Positions 1-9,495 of a stretch of DNA of 64,000 bases are shown piece by piece. The number at the start of each line of letters is the position of its first letter. The first letter of the stretch is position 1. Source of the stretch: a virus; IMG/VR virus record IMGVR_UViG_3300032397_000005, positions 1 to 64,000 of that record. One strand, given 5' to 3'. The position numbers and the translations under genes were made by a program. The notes beneath the pieces were generated by a model. It was not told where the DNA came from. It was given only the letters and a program-made list of their open reading frames with translations, and searched no databases.

Positions 1-2517
1 CCGTACAATCTTCCGTTCAGGAGAAGCTACAAGAACCCATACTATGGCTGTTTGGTCGGCCTGTGGCAGGCGGACACTGCCGCAATAGCGGTCCGTCTAC
101 CGTGGGACGCCGCGTGGGAGCCACTGTCTGAATCATGGGCCAGCCATTACATTCCAATGGACCCTTTCGGCACTGGTCCGTTTGGCTACTGCGGTGGTCC
201 GTGGCAGGTGATTACCTATGCACGGGCGGCTGGTGTGTGGAGCCAGTTGGCCATTGGGAAGTTGGACCCTCTGGACTATTACGCCTACACGGCACCTGCT
301 AATCCTTGGCCAGACCCCAGCGGAGTGCCCACGTCCATCCGCGCGTCTCCGGCTTCCGTCTCCTCCCTTGCTGTGGGCGATGGAATTGTAGCTGTGGGTT
401 GCATCCGGCGGGGTTGGAACGAGTCCGTGCCAAGTTGGCCCGGGGTAAATTCCCACTACGGGTCCGGTGCGGTTACGGTGTTCAGCGGAGGGTCGGAGGT
501 TTGTTGCATCGATGACCCGGACAAGCACCCGGGGGAGTTTGTCACGCCTTGGCCCGCGTACGTCAACTACTTTGGGTCGAGCATCTCCATTTGTCCGTTG
601 ACTGGGACAACGATGGTGATTGGTGCCACCAAGGCTCCGCTTGGTTCTGGTCGAGGGCGGGTGTATGTCTTCACGGGTTCTGGTGGCAGCTGGTCTTTGC
701 AACAAACGATATCCCCCGCTACCGGATCTTGCTCCGGGTTTGGAACGAGTGTGGCGGTCTATGGCGACTACCTGGTTGTCGGCGCCCCCACGCTGGTCCG
801 TGGGGAGGTCCACATTTATAAGCGGACAGGTGGAGTCTGGGCTGAGCAGGCACTACTCACCGATGCTGCTGGAGTCTGGTTTGGTAGCACGGTAGGCATA
901 GACAGAGGTACCGTTGTCGTCGGCGACCCTGCTATGGGCGCCGGGTACGGGCAGATCTCGGCTTACTACAGGGCTGGGACGACCTGGACACTCATCGGCA
1001 GGAAGTATTCCACACCCACAGCCAACAGCGAATACATGACCCAGCAGGGTGTGGCGGCTCTTGCGGACAATGTCCCGACCTACATGGCTGCGGTACAGAA
1101 GTACTCCGCTGGCGACAACCGTGGAGCAGTGGTTGAGTTCTATGTGGCCAGTCCAGGACCGGGCTACTCGAGCATCACCAACAATTCCCCGACCGGATCG
1201 GGGGTGCTCTCCAACGTGGACCTTACCTTCCGGTTGATAGACCCGGACCTGCGCGACGACTTGGACCCCACCAAGACCCGGGTATGGGTCAACGGCGCCG
1301 TGATCTACGAAAACGAGGTGCCGGTCAGTGGCTGGTTTGTGTCCCGGGCCAACTTGGCAGATGGGTACGCCTACACGCTATACAAGGCCCAGTACGAATG
1401 GGGGGCAGGGCTGAACACGGTAAGGGCATACGGCGAGGACTATGAGGGGAACGCGGCGGACAGGACGTGGACCTTCACGGTCACCGACCGCCCATGGGTT
1501 GAGGCGACATACCCGGCCGCGAAGGCTCCCCCATACACGTTTGACGTGGACCCTGCCACCATCATCCAGTTCAACGCCGTTACCAGTAACTCCACCATCG
1601 ACAACGCCCAGACGGTCATCATGGTAAATGGTGCTGTGGTCTACACCGGGGGGGTGGCCGCGCCTGGGTGGGGTGTTAGTTCTGTCCCGGTTGGCGTGCC
1701 GGGGAGGATAGGGCTGAGGTATACGCTAACCCACTCCGTGCCGTTTGTGTCGCTGTCAACCGTCACGGTTGCGGTCACGCTTAAGAACAATGCCGGAGAG
1801 ACGATCCCACCCTCATCCTACCCTAACCCTCCGTGGAACCCGTGGTCCTTCGTAATCATGGACGCCACGTCGCCCGTCATCAACAACAAGTTCCCGGCGG
1901 ACGGGTCCTCGGATCAGGCCACGGACGTCAGCATCTGCTTCGACGTCACGGACGTGGACCTCAACGTGGATCCGGTCCAGACGGACGTCTTGGTGGACGG
2001 GGTCCCGGTCTACGCGGTGGAGGCGAGCATCCCTGGGTGGACGGTGGTCAGGTCCTCCCTCCCGACGGGGTATCGGTACGCGGTGACCGGTCCCGGGTTC
2101 GCCCCGGGCGCGGAGGTCTCCGTCGCGGTCCACGCGGAGGACCTCACGTACCTATTTGCGGACGCCGCGTGGACCTTCTCCGTTGTGTGGCGAGCCGCGG
2201 ACGTCTGCTCCTACGGGACCGTGTACGGTCCGTTCGGGAGGTGCGTCCTGACACCGGTCCCGACGCCTATCCCGGGACTGGGGCCAATTGTCATCAAGAT
2301 TGACACGCCGACGCCGCGGATCGCCGTGGTCACGTTCAACCGCGTGATGTTCAACAACGCGGACCTGGTGGATCGTCGCGCCTACCTCCTCACGCGGGGG
2401 GTCAAGGTGCTATCCGTCACGCGCCTCAACGGGATTCAGGTCATGCTGCATCTGGACCGGGACCTGAAGTCCCACAAACTCTACTACCTGACAGTTCTAG
2501 CAAACCCGGGGAGCTGA
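1..2517 (+). CDS. Virion structural / tail-fibre-like protein with FG-GAP-like beta-propeller repeats and Ig-like repeats; 5'-truncated by the window edge
   Basis: Frame 1 is open from base 1. Repeated FG(S/T)S(I/V)...VVGAP...G.VY(V/I) motifs. Three repeats of D...T.V.VNG..VY.......GW. Confidence 0.65.
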   Translation, partial: PYNLPFRRSYKNPYYGCLVGLWQADTAAIAVRLPWDAAWEPLSESWASHYIPMDPFGTGPFGYCGGPWQVITYARAAGVWSQLAIGKLDPLDYYAYTAPANPWPDPSGVPTSIRASPASVSSLAVGDGIVAVGCIRRGWNESVPSWPGVNSHYGSGAVTVFSGGSEVCCIDDPDKHPGEFVTPWPAYVNYFGSSISICPLTGTTMVIGATKAPLGSGRGRVYVFTGSGGSWSLQQTISPATGSCSGFGTSVAVYGDYLVVGAPTLVRGEVHIYKRTGGVWAEQALLTDAAGVWFGSTVGIDRGTVVVGDPAMGAGYGQISAYYRAGTTWTLIGRKYSTPTANSEYMTQQGVAALADNVPTYMAAVQKYSAGDNRGAVVEFYVASPGPGYSSITNNSPTGSGVLSNVDLTFRLIDPDLRDDLDPTKTRVWVNGAVIYENEVPVSGWFVSRANLADGYAYTLYKAQYEWGAGLNTVRAYGEDYEGNAADRTWTFTVTDRPWVEATYPAAKAPPYTFDVDPATIIQFNAVTSNSTIDNAQTVIMVNGAVVYTGGVAAPGWGVSSVPVGVPGRIGLRYTLTHSVPFVSLSTVTVAVTLKNNAGETIPPSSYPNPPWNPWSFVIMDATSPVINNKFPADGSSDQATDVSICFDVTDVDLNVDPVQTDVLVDGVPVYAVEASIPGWTVVRSSLPTGYRYAVTGPGFAPGAEVSVAVHAEDLTYLFADAAWTFSVVWRAADVCSYGTVYGPFGRCVLTPVPTPIPGLGPIVIKIDTPTPRIAVVTFNRVMFNNADLVDRRAYLLTRGVKVLSVTRLNGIQVMLHLDRDLKSHKLYYLTVLANPGS

Positions 2518-2759
2518 TGGACGACCCGCAAGTCACTCGAATCCAAACCCCGGACCCGCGGACGATTGTGATCACGTTCGAGCGTGAGATGCTGGACAAC
2601 GCGGACCTGGTGGATCCGTACGCCTACCTCCTCAACGGAGGTGTTTGCGTACTCTCCGTCGAGCGTCTTGGTAGGACACAGGTCAAACTCACAACGAATC
2701 AGGACCTGAAGACGCTCCGACACTACCTACTGACCGTCCTGGCCAACCCGGGGACCTGA
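2517..2759 (+). CDS. 80-aa protein duplicating the C-terminal domain of the preceding ORF
   Basis: Both contain TP.PR...TF.R.M..NADLVD..AYLL..GV.VLSV.RL....V.L....DLK....Y.LTVLANPG. TGATG stop/start overlap. Confidence 0.8.
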   Translation: MDDPQVTRIQTPDPRTIVITFEREMLDNADLVDPYAYLLNGGVCVLSVERLGRTQVKLTTNQDLKTLRHYLLTVLANPGT

Positions 2760-2760
2760 G

Positions 2761-4254
2761 ATGACAATCACAGACCTTGGCCTCAGACCAATCCAACCGG
2801 GACCGTACCCATTCACGCCACTGTTCCCGGCGCCATTCGACATCTACATGTTCTTCATCCAGTCAATCCGGGACGCGGATCAGGCGGAGGGCGGCCTCCT
2901 CCTCCTACGGTGGTTGGACCAGATGCAGAACGAGTGGGGGGAGCTCTGGTGGAAGATCCTGGAGCTGCCAACGCTGTACAACGTGGACGAGACGTCCGTC
3001 GAGGCGCTCCGGCACGTCAAGGCGCTGGCGGGACTCTCCGGGGAGATGAACTTCCTGACCGGGGGACTGACGGACGCGGAGCTCCGGTTGCTGGTCTCCA
3101 TCGCGGTGCAGATGTGGAAGGTGCGGGGAACGGAGCTTGGGATCCAGACCATCCTGCGGACCATCCTCACAAACTTGGTCCGCGTCGACAATTGGTTTCG
3201 ATTCCGAACGCTCCAGTACGAGTGGGAACTCGGGTGGGCGGACGCGGAGGACGTGGACCTCTGGCTCACGGACCGTCCGGAGATCCCTACCTCCGTGGCT
3301 CCGGACGCGGTCTCCTGGGACGCCGTGGGGGAGGTTCTCACGTTCGACTTCACCTCCCTCCTTCAGAATCGCGAGGTTGTCGGGGAGGGGCTCCACGGAA
3401 CCTCGCGCGTGGTCCGGATCCTCTGCCTCCCGTCTCGGGAGACGGCGGAGGAGGTCTGGACGCTGGGGACGTCCGGGAACCTCTCCGCGGCCGTGGCGGG
3501 GCGGATGGGTCAACACGGGACGCCGTCCACCAACCCGCGGGACTACCGCGGCGGGACGGACCTGGCGGAGTTCACGTCCGACGTGCGGGTGATGGATGAC
3601 GGGACCACCAACCGGACGTTCGTGGAGAACCTGATCCGCGTCATGCGGCCGGCGCTAGAGAGGTACTTCATCAGGTACGTGACGTTCATCGAGGACTTTC
3701 GGGACCCGGACTGGACATCGGTCAGCGGGGGAGCGGTTTTTGACAACGACGCCGGGACGGTGGAACTCTTCCACGCGGCCGCGGTGAGCGCAATCACGTC
3801 GAACGAGACCGGGGACGCGGACTGGGAGGACTACCTGGCGCGGGCGCAGTTCAAACTGGAGCTGCAGGAGGCGGGGAAGTGGGGGGAGCTTCGGTTCTTC
3901 CAGGCGGACGCTAGCAACTTCTACGCCCTCCGCTTGGCGCCCACCGGAACGCTTGGCGTGACGTACTCGTTCGATGTGGTGGTTGCGGGGGCGCGGTCCG
4001 TTTTGGCATCCGCGGAGCTCCCGGTCTGGCACCAGAACGTGGACTACACGCTCCACGTCGACTCGGAGGGTGCTGGGAGGTTTCAGGTGTTTCTGGACGG
4101 AAACTACCTCATGGAGGTTGCGGACGGGACCTTTGTCAAGGGGGGCGTGGGGCTGGCCTGTGAGATTGGGCAGCGGTTGACATCCACCTACGTGGAGGTG
4201 GCGGAGAACCCAATGACGTCGGTCCGCGTTGGACCGCCAATGAGTAGCGGTTAG
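2761..4254 (+). CDS. Baseplate/tail protein (P2 gpI-like N-terminus, beta-sandwich C-terminus)
   Basis: L..L..L.G...R.L...A..MWKVRGTELGI pattern typical of baseplate wedge proteins; located in the tail module. Confidence 0.55.
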   Translation: MTITDLGLRPIQPGPYPFTPLFPAPFDIYMFFIQSIRDADQAEGGLLLLRWLDQMQNEWGELWWKILELPTLYNVDETSVEALRHVKALAGLSGEMNFLTGGLTDAELRLLVSIAVQMWKVRGTELGIQTILRTILTNLVRVDNWFRFRTLQYEWELGWADAEDVDLWLTDRPEIPTSVAPDAVSWDAVGEVLTFDFTSLLQNREVVGEGLHGTSRVVRILCLPSRETAEEVWTLGTSGNLSAAVAGRMGQHGTPSTNPRDYRGGTDLAEFTSDVRVMDDGTTNRTFVENLIRVMRPALERYFIRYVTFIEDFRDPDWTSVSGGAVFDNDAGTVELFHAAAVSAITSNETGDADWEDYLARAQFKLELQEAGKWGELRFFQADASNFYALRLAPTGTLGVTYSFDVVVAGARSVLASAELPVWHQNVDYTLHVDSEGAGRFQVFLDGNYLMEVADGTFVKGGVGLACEIGQRLTSTYVEVAENPMTSVRVGPPMSSG

Positions 4255-4264
4255 GAGAGGTCAA

Positions 4265-6742
4265 ATGGCAACTGGAAATAAGCGGACCAACTTCAGCGGC
4301 AAGCGCCACATGCCGCAGCAGCGGGTCAAGGACACCTTCTTCGACTACCTGGCAAACGAGATCTGGGACACGGCGCGGAGGATCTGGGCGGACCGGCGCG
4401 GGGTCTTCGGGGAGGCGATCCTCCAGGGGGACGGGAACGACAAGTTCAAGGTCTCCAACGTCCCGATCGACTGCCTGGACGGGGAGGGTCACATCCTGAC
4501 GTGCAGCGTCGCCACGGCGCAGGGGATCCAGTTCGAGAACACGGTGAGCGTGGTTTACCACGCGGGGATGCACCACTGCCTGGTTCCGTCCCTGGTCGCG
4601 CGGAACCCGCGGACCGGGATCCTGTTCTACGACCTGTTGGAGGACTGCGTCGGTCTCTCCGGGGTCCCGAACACCGTCCTCCAGGCGGGCGGGAGTATCA
4701 CGGTCACGGTCGACTCCGTCTTCGAGACGGGGGTGTCTCACGCCGGGAGGAAGGTCAGCGTGTGGTTGAACCTCCCCAAGTCCACAAACGAGGCGGTGGC
4801 CATCGAGCGGGACCTGACCGTGGAGTTCACGGGCGGGAAGAACGTGGTTCACACCGGCGGCCTCCTTGGGCAGTCCACCGTCTCCACCAACGCGTCGGAC
4901 TACGCGGTGGCGGCCACGGGCGTGACGGTTCGGCGAAACACGGACCTCCGAGCGGCGGACCCATACGCCTTCCTAGGGACGGTGACGGGCGCTGGCGCGG
5001 GAGTGACGCCGTCCGCGTTCGACGTCACGGAGCAGATCGACGTCACGTCCGGTCTGAACCCCACCCTGGACATCGCCTACGACGGCGGTCCAGGCGGAGG
5101 TCCAGGCGGGTCCGGGCGGGAGATCGTCGTCGACTCCGGGGCGGTGGAGCTCAACACCGTCCCAATTGGGGGCGCAAACGACACGGACGACGCGATGCAC
5201 GCCCAGATGCGGCTCTCCAGGCTGGAGTCGACGGACTGGTTCCAGGCGCAGCTGCAGCTCCTGTGCGGGGACATGTCCCACGTCCCGATTGCGGCGCTCC
5301 AGCCGGTTCAGCACGTCGGGTCCCCGGAGGTCTGCGCGGCCGCAATGGCGGCCAACCTCTCCGGGACCAACCTCATCACGCTCACCGGGGCGAGCATCGA
5401 CCTCACGGACCCGCGGGTCCGGACCAACAAGAAGCTCCACGCGGTGCTCCTGGAGGACTGCCCGCAGGCCGGGCTCTACGTGATCGACACGTTTGGCGCC
5501 AAGACGATCTACGTCAAGACGCTGGAGGACGGGGCACCCGCATCCTGGCCGGCGGGGACGGCCACCTGCCGCCTGATGGTCCCGCGGTTCACGCTTGGCG
5601 GGGCCTTGGTTCACCCCTCGGCGCTCAACTGGTGGCGCGGTCCGCTCTTCGTCCTCCGGGACGGGGACGGCGGTTCCGCCTCCCCGACGGACTTTCGGAT
5701 CATGTCGGAGGGCGCCGGACGGGTGGTCATCTACGACAACTCGAAGACCGCGATGACCTCCTACTACGAGCCGCGGGAACTGGTGGTGATCAACCCGGCG
5801 GAGATCGGGCAGGACCTCCTGTGGCCGGTGAGGTTCCACCGATCCGTCCTCATCGACGGCGGGGACGTCCAGGGGACGGGCGGGGAGGAGGTGGCCTACG
5901 ACCGGGACGGGCTCCGGATCTACGACGCGGGCGGGACGTTCGAGAACCGGGACACCGCGTTTGCGCTGGCCATCGACTTCGGGTTCCCGGAGGACATCCC
6001 CACGTACCACTCGCTGCCCACGTTCTCCCTGGAGACCACGGGCGCAATGAACCGCGGGCACCACTTCCGGGACGACTTCATTGCGTACCAGCTTGGGGCG
6101 TTCTCGACCCTGGGACCGTACACGACCACGCGGACGGGCGGTCGTGGGACGGCGACCATCTGTGATATCACGGACGGCGTGGGGTACGGTCACGGATGCG
6201 TGGAGCTTGTCAGCGGGAACCAAGCGGACGACGTCATCGAGGTGGCGCTAGACCCACTGGCGTTCAACCTGGACGCAGCGTTCGACTTCCGCTGGATGTA
6301 CCGGGCGCGCGTGAAGCTAGCCGACCTTGGGGACGTGACGGCGGACCACGGGTTCTACAGATGCTCGGAGAACCGGGCGTTTTGGTTCAACCTGGTGGCG
6401 GGCGTGTGGTACGGAGCGTGGATCGAGCCGGGACCGGTGGGCCACGCCACCGCCGCGATCTGCGCCGCAACGGCGGACACATACCAGTGGTTCGAGATCT
6501 TCATCTCCTCGAGCATGGTCATCTGGACCGTGGAGCAGAAGGACCACGCGGTGGGGTCCTTCGGGTCGGAGTCCGCGGCCATCACCACCCTCAACGCGCA
6601 GGCCGGGGCGCTGGGGATCAGCTGCCGCGTCAAGACGGCGACGACCGCGGCAAAGACAATGCTGCTGGATTACTGGGAGGTGTGGGACCGGGAGGCCATC
6701 GTGGGACGTCACGGAGCTTCCCACAACTTGCAGCATCCGTAG
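4265..6742 (+). CDS. Putative tail fibre / receptor-binding structural protein
   Basis: 825 aa, Gly/Thr/Val-rich, TLDIAYDGG motif, lectin-like C-terminus; follows the baseplate gene; GGAGAGG RBS. Confidence 0.55.
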   Translation: MATGNKRTNFSGKRHMPQQRVKDTFFDYLANEIWDTARRIWADRRGVFGEAILQGDGNDKFKVSNVPIDCLDGEGHILTCSVATAQGIQFENTVSVVYHAGMHHCLVPSLVARNPRTGILFYDLLEDCVGLSGVPNTVLQAGGSITVTVDSVFETGVSHAGRKVSVWLNLPKSTNEAVAIERDLTVEFTGGKNVVHTGGLLGQSTVSTNASDYAVAATGVTVRRNTDLRAADPYAFLGTVTGAGAGVTPSAFDVTEQIDVTSGLNPTLDIAYDGGPGGGPGGSGREIVVDSGAVELNTVPIGGANDTDDAMHAQMRLSRLESTDWFQAQLQLLCGDMSHVPIAALQPVQHVGSPEVCAAAMAANLSGTNLITLTGASIDLTDPRVRTNKKLHAVLLEDCPQAGLYVIDTFGAKTIYVKTLEDGAPASWPAGTATCRLMVPRFTLGGALVHPSALNWWRGPLFVLRDGDGGSASPTDFRIMSEGAGRVVIYDNSKTAMTSYYEPRELVVINPAEIGQDLLWPVRFHRSVLIDGGDVQGTGGEEVAYDRDGLRIYDAGGTFENRDTAFALAIDFGFPEDIPTYHSLPTFSLETTGAMNRGHHFRDDFIAYQLGAFSTLGPYTTTRTGGRGTATICDITDGVGYGHGCVELVSGNQADDVIEVALDPLAFNLDAAFDFRWMYRARVKLADLGDVTADHGFYRCSENRAFWFNLVAGVWYGAWIEPGPVGHATAAICAATADTYQWFEIFISSSMVIWTVEQKDHAVGSFGSESAAITTLNAQAGALGISCRVKTATTAAKTMLLDYWEVWDREAIVGRHGASHNLQHP

Positions 6743-6758
6743 AGGATAGGAGGATCAG

Positions 6759-7169
6759 ATGAAGACTCAGAAGTTCAAGGTGACGTGCGGGGATCACATG
6801 TTCCCCCTGACGCTGGAGTTGGAGGCGCTGGTCGCGTTACGGACCCGGAGCTCCGGGTCACTCGCGTTGATGTGCCCCACATGCGCATCCGCGCTGGCGG
6901 TCACGGCGCGGAGTCTGCTGGATCTGCGCGCGGCGGAGGCGCACCGCGCCTCCACCGAGGTCCTGGCCGCCATCCTGGTGAAGGCGGTTGATGCTGAGAA
7001 ACCCCCCACGGAGGACGCGGTGAGGAAGGAGGTGCGCATTGAGACGCTGAAGCTCCTGGATCGGAGCATCCTGAAGGTTCCGACGGGGTGCGTGCGCGCG
7101 CGAACGGAGATGACCCCACAGACCTGGTCTGGGAGGGTCGAGAGAAAAGCAAAGGAGAAGGGCAAATGA
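6759..7169 (+). CDS. Hypothetical protein (CxxH...CxxC, possible Zn binding)
   Basis: AGGAGG RBS; ATGA overlap with the next gene. Confidence 0.6.
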   Translation: MKTQKFKVTCGDHMFPLTLELEALVALRTRSSGSLALMCPTCASALAVTARSLLDLRAAEAHRASTEVLAAILVKAVDAEKPPTEDAVRKEVRIETLKLLDRSILKVPTGCVRARTEMTPQTWSGRVERKAKEKGK

Positions 7170-7804
7170 AGGTAAGAACCGTACTACTGAGCGTCGTCCT
7201 GCTCGTTGGACTCACCGGTCAGGTGAGTGGAAAGAAATCAGACGCCACCGCGGGGAAGGGCACGGTGAACAAGTCTACCTCCGGGAAGGTCACAAGCGTG
7301 GGGAAAGTCACGCTCACGGAGGTCACTTCGGAGAAGGTTACTCCCCCCGTCACATCCACATCCACGACGCGCGCGCAGTCAACGGTTCCGGCCGCGGAGG
7401 AACCCGCGCAGCAGAGGTGGTGGGAGTCCCTCCTGGTGGACCTGATCATGCTGGCGCTGGTGATCTTCGTCCCAAGCGTCTCCGCGCTGGCGTTCCTCCT
7501 CCTGCGGAAGCTGGGGATCAAGGTGGACCTCCAGAAGCTGGACAGCATTGCGACCTCCGCGGCCTCGTACGCAGAGCACCGGGCCAAGGCGGCGCTCAAG
7601 AGCGGGTTGCCGCCAACGCCCGGGGCCCAGAAGGAGAAGTGGGCCTGGGAGCTGGTGGACGCCCTGGACGCAAAGCTGAAGCTCAAGGATCTGGCGCGGG
7701 ACAAGCTGCGCCTCCTCATCATGTCCAAGATCCCGGCGGCGGAGGCGGAGGCGGCCGTTGCGGTCAACACCTACGCCTACCGCGGCGAAACCAAGGAGGT
7801 GTGA
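7166..7804 (+). CDS. Putative holin-like membrane protein (LL-H-like C-terminal region)
   Basis: N-terminal hydrophobic segment, Thr/Ser-rich linker, long TM segment, then IATSAASYAE...GAQKEKWA helical domain. Confidence 0.45.
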   Translation: MKVRTVLLSVVLLVGLTGQVSGKKSDATAGKGTVNKSTSGKVTSVGKVTLTEVTSEKVTPPVTSTSTTRAQSTVPAAEEPAQQRWWESLLVDLIMLALVIFVPSVSALAFLLLRKLGIKVDLQKLDSIATSAASYAEHRAKAALKSGLPPTPGAQKEKWAWELVDALDAKLKLKDLARDKLRLLIMSKIPAAEAEAAVAVNTYAYRGETKEV

Positions 7805-7805
7805 C

Positions 7806-8183
7806 GTGCCTTGGTGGGGGTGGATGCTGATTGGAGTTGGGATCTCCGGGGTGGTGGTCCTCGGCGTCTGGCTCCTCCTACCGCTCCGGAGGAAGGAACC
7901 AGCGGTGGACCGCGCCGGGATCCTGGAGTCCGAGAAGTTGCGCCTGGCGGAGGAGCGGGAGGCGGAGCGGCGCGGGCGGGAGGCGGCGGAGGCCGTGGCG
8001 CGGGAGTTGGAGGCGGAGATCCGCTCCATTGCGGACCTAAAGCGCAGGAAACTGGAGGAGCTAGATGCGCGTGAGTCGAAGACGTTTCGCGAGTTGGGTG
8101 ACGATCCTGACGCTATCCTCACTCGCCTGGACGGCATCCTGGGCAAGGTCGGTTCCGGCGACGTCGGTCCGGACAAACCTTGA
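7806..8183 (+). CDS. Putative inner-membrane spanin-like protein
   Basis: N-terminal TM helix followed by a charged coiled coil; AGGAGG RBS before GTG. Confidence 0.45.
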   Translation: MPWWGWMLIGVGISGVVVLGVWLLLPLRRKEPAVDRAGILESEKLRLAEEREAERRGREAAEAVARELEAEIRSIADLKRRKLEELDARESKTFRELGDDPDAILTRLDGILGKVGSGDVGPDKP

Positions 8184-8565
8184 GGACCTCCGGCGCGTGA
8201 AGGTCGCGACCGGGGAACCCGCGCCGTTTGCGGGGATCCTCCTGACGCCGGCAGCGCTGGCCAAGTTGATCACGGAGCTCGAGGCGCGGGCGGCGCGGCT
8301 CTCCGTGGAGCTTGAGGCGGTCCGGAGGGAGGCGGCGGCGCGGACCTCCGCGGCGGCAAGGGCGGCGGACGCCGCGTTGACCGCGGAGCGAGGGCGGAGG
8401 GCGGCCGTGGAGGGGGACCTCCTGAGACGCTCGGCCCTCTACGAGAAGGCGCTGGATCGACTCTCCGCGTCTGACCCCTGGTACAAGTCCGGTTACCTGA
8501 CGATGGGTCTGGGTCTCCTCATTGGAGGGGGAATCTGCGCGGGCGCAGCGGCGGCGGTTCACTGA
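8065..8565 (+). CDS. Putative spanin partner (signal peptide, coiled coil, C-terminal hydrophobic segment)
   Basis: Overlaps the upstream gene by 119 nt in another frame; GGAGGAG RBS; GEPAPFAGILLT motif. Confidence 0.45.
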   Translation: MRVSRRRFASWVTILTLSSLAWTASWARSVPATSVRTNLEDLRRVKVATGEPAPFAGILLTPAALAKLITELEARAARLSVELEAVRREAAARTSAAARAADAALTAERGRRAAVEGDLLRRSALYEKALDRLSASDPWYKSGYLTMGLGLLIGGGICAGAAAAVH

Positions 8566-8576
8566 GGATTCGATGC

Positions 8577-8646
8577 GGGGGGCGGACGGTTGGGTTGCGA
8601 AACAATAACCGCTCTCAACGGGTGATGCTCCCTCCGTCCGCTCCCC
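8577..8646 (+). other. Intergenic stem-loop element (13-bp closing stem)
   Basis: GGGGGGCGGACGG (8577-8589) pairs with CCGTCCGCTCCCC (8634-8646) with one G:U. Confidence 0.55.
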
Positions 8647-8715
8647 CCAATTTACCCGCATCTTGACTGCGCAAAATTCAAACCGTAGTGGTAGAAACGT
8701 AGAGGAGGACAACGC

Positions 8716-8937
8716 GTGGAACCTCTCCTGACGGGTCTCCTGAAGTCCGGCGCTCCCTGGGGACTCCTCTGCGCGGTCCTGGTTCTGGCGGTGGCGGCGC
8801 TCTGGAGGCGGGTCACTCAACTCTCAGACAAGCTGTACGACCTGGCAACCACTCAGGTGAAGGCAAACTCCGAGGTTCACGGGACCTTGTCCAACGCCCT
8901 GAAGGAGTTGGAGGAACTGCGGAGGATGTTCAAGTGA
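8716..8937 (+). CDS. Small membrane protein (TM plus coiled coil; possible holin/antiholin)
   Basis: GAGGAGG RBS, GTG start, one TM helix. Confidence 0.6.
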   Translation: MEPLLTGLLKSGAPWGLLCAVLVLAVAALWRRVTQLSDKLYDLATTQVKANSEVHGTLSNALKELEELRRMFK

Positions 8938-9320
8938 AGCGGGACCCTCGAGACGACACGGAGGTGTACTCCCTTGGGACCATCCTGGTCAAGATGAGGG
9001 CAACCACGCGGGAGTCCCTGGAGGCGGTCCTCCGGGAGCAGTCCCGGATGACGGAGGACGAGCTCGTCGGGGCGCTCCTGGTCCGAGCGGGGATCATCAC
9101 GGAGGAGCAGCTCGAGGTGGCGCTGTCCGCGCAGGCGGGGTTGAGGTCCAGCAAACCCCACGTGCGCGCCCTGGCGGCGGCGGACCTGGCGTGTAGATCC
9201 TCCGAGAAGGTTCGCTCCCTGGCGGGACTTCTTCGGCGGGCGGTGAGTGAGGTTCGGAAGAAGCGGACGGGGGAGGAGTTCCCGGCGGTTCAGATGCTGG
9301 GGAAGAAGGACACTCAGTAA
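8934..9320 (+). CDS. Stand-alone MshEN-like (c-di-GMP receptor fold) protein
   Basis: Two tandem 24-aa motifs, SLGTILVKMRATTRESLEAVLREQ and LVGALLVRAGIITEEQLEVALSAQ, match RLGxxLLxxGLIxxxxLxxxLxxQ except for the Arg. Confidence 0.7.
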   Translation: MKRDPRDDTEVYSLGTILVKMRATTRESLEAVLREQSRMTEDELVGALLVRAGIITEEQLEVALSAQAGLRSSKPHVRALAAADLACRSSEKVRSLAGLLRRAVSEVRKKRTGEEFPAVQMLGKKDTQ

Positions 9321-9326
9321 CAGATG

Positions 9327-9404
9327 TTCCACCCCTAGGAGCTCGTTTGCCCTAGCCTCGCGTCGTTTGAGTGAGCGCACAGGCGGCCTAGGGGTGGGGT
9401 TTTT
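9327..9404 (+). terminator. Long inverted repeat followed by a T-tract (terminator-like)
   Basis: CCACCCCTAGG (9329-9339) pairs with CCTAGGGGTGG (9387-9397), followed by GGTTTTT. Confidence 0.45.
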
Positions 9405-9495
9405 CCCGGGAGGTGAGATGAGCGCGCACGGCGTCGTTGTCATCGGGTTCTACGCGGTCCTGGTGTACCTCCTCTACAGATCGTGGAGGTGACGA

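Noticed and set aside
8562-8633. Possible hammerhead ribozyme (CTGAGGA ... CGAAAC)
   Set aside because: The core words are present, but the required stems II and III cannot be paired convincingly by eye; kept only as a generic structured element.
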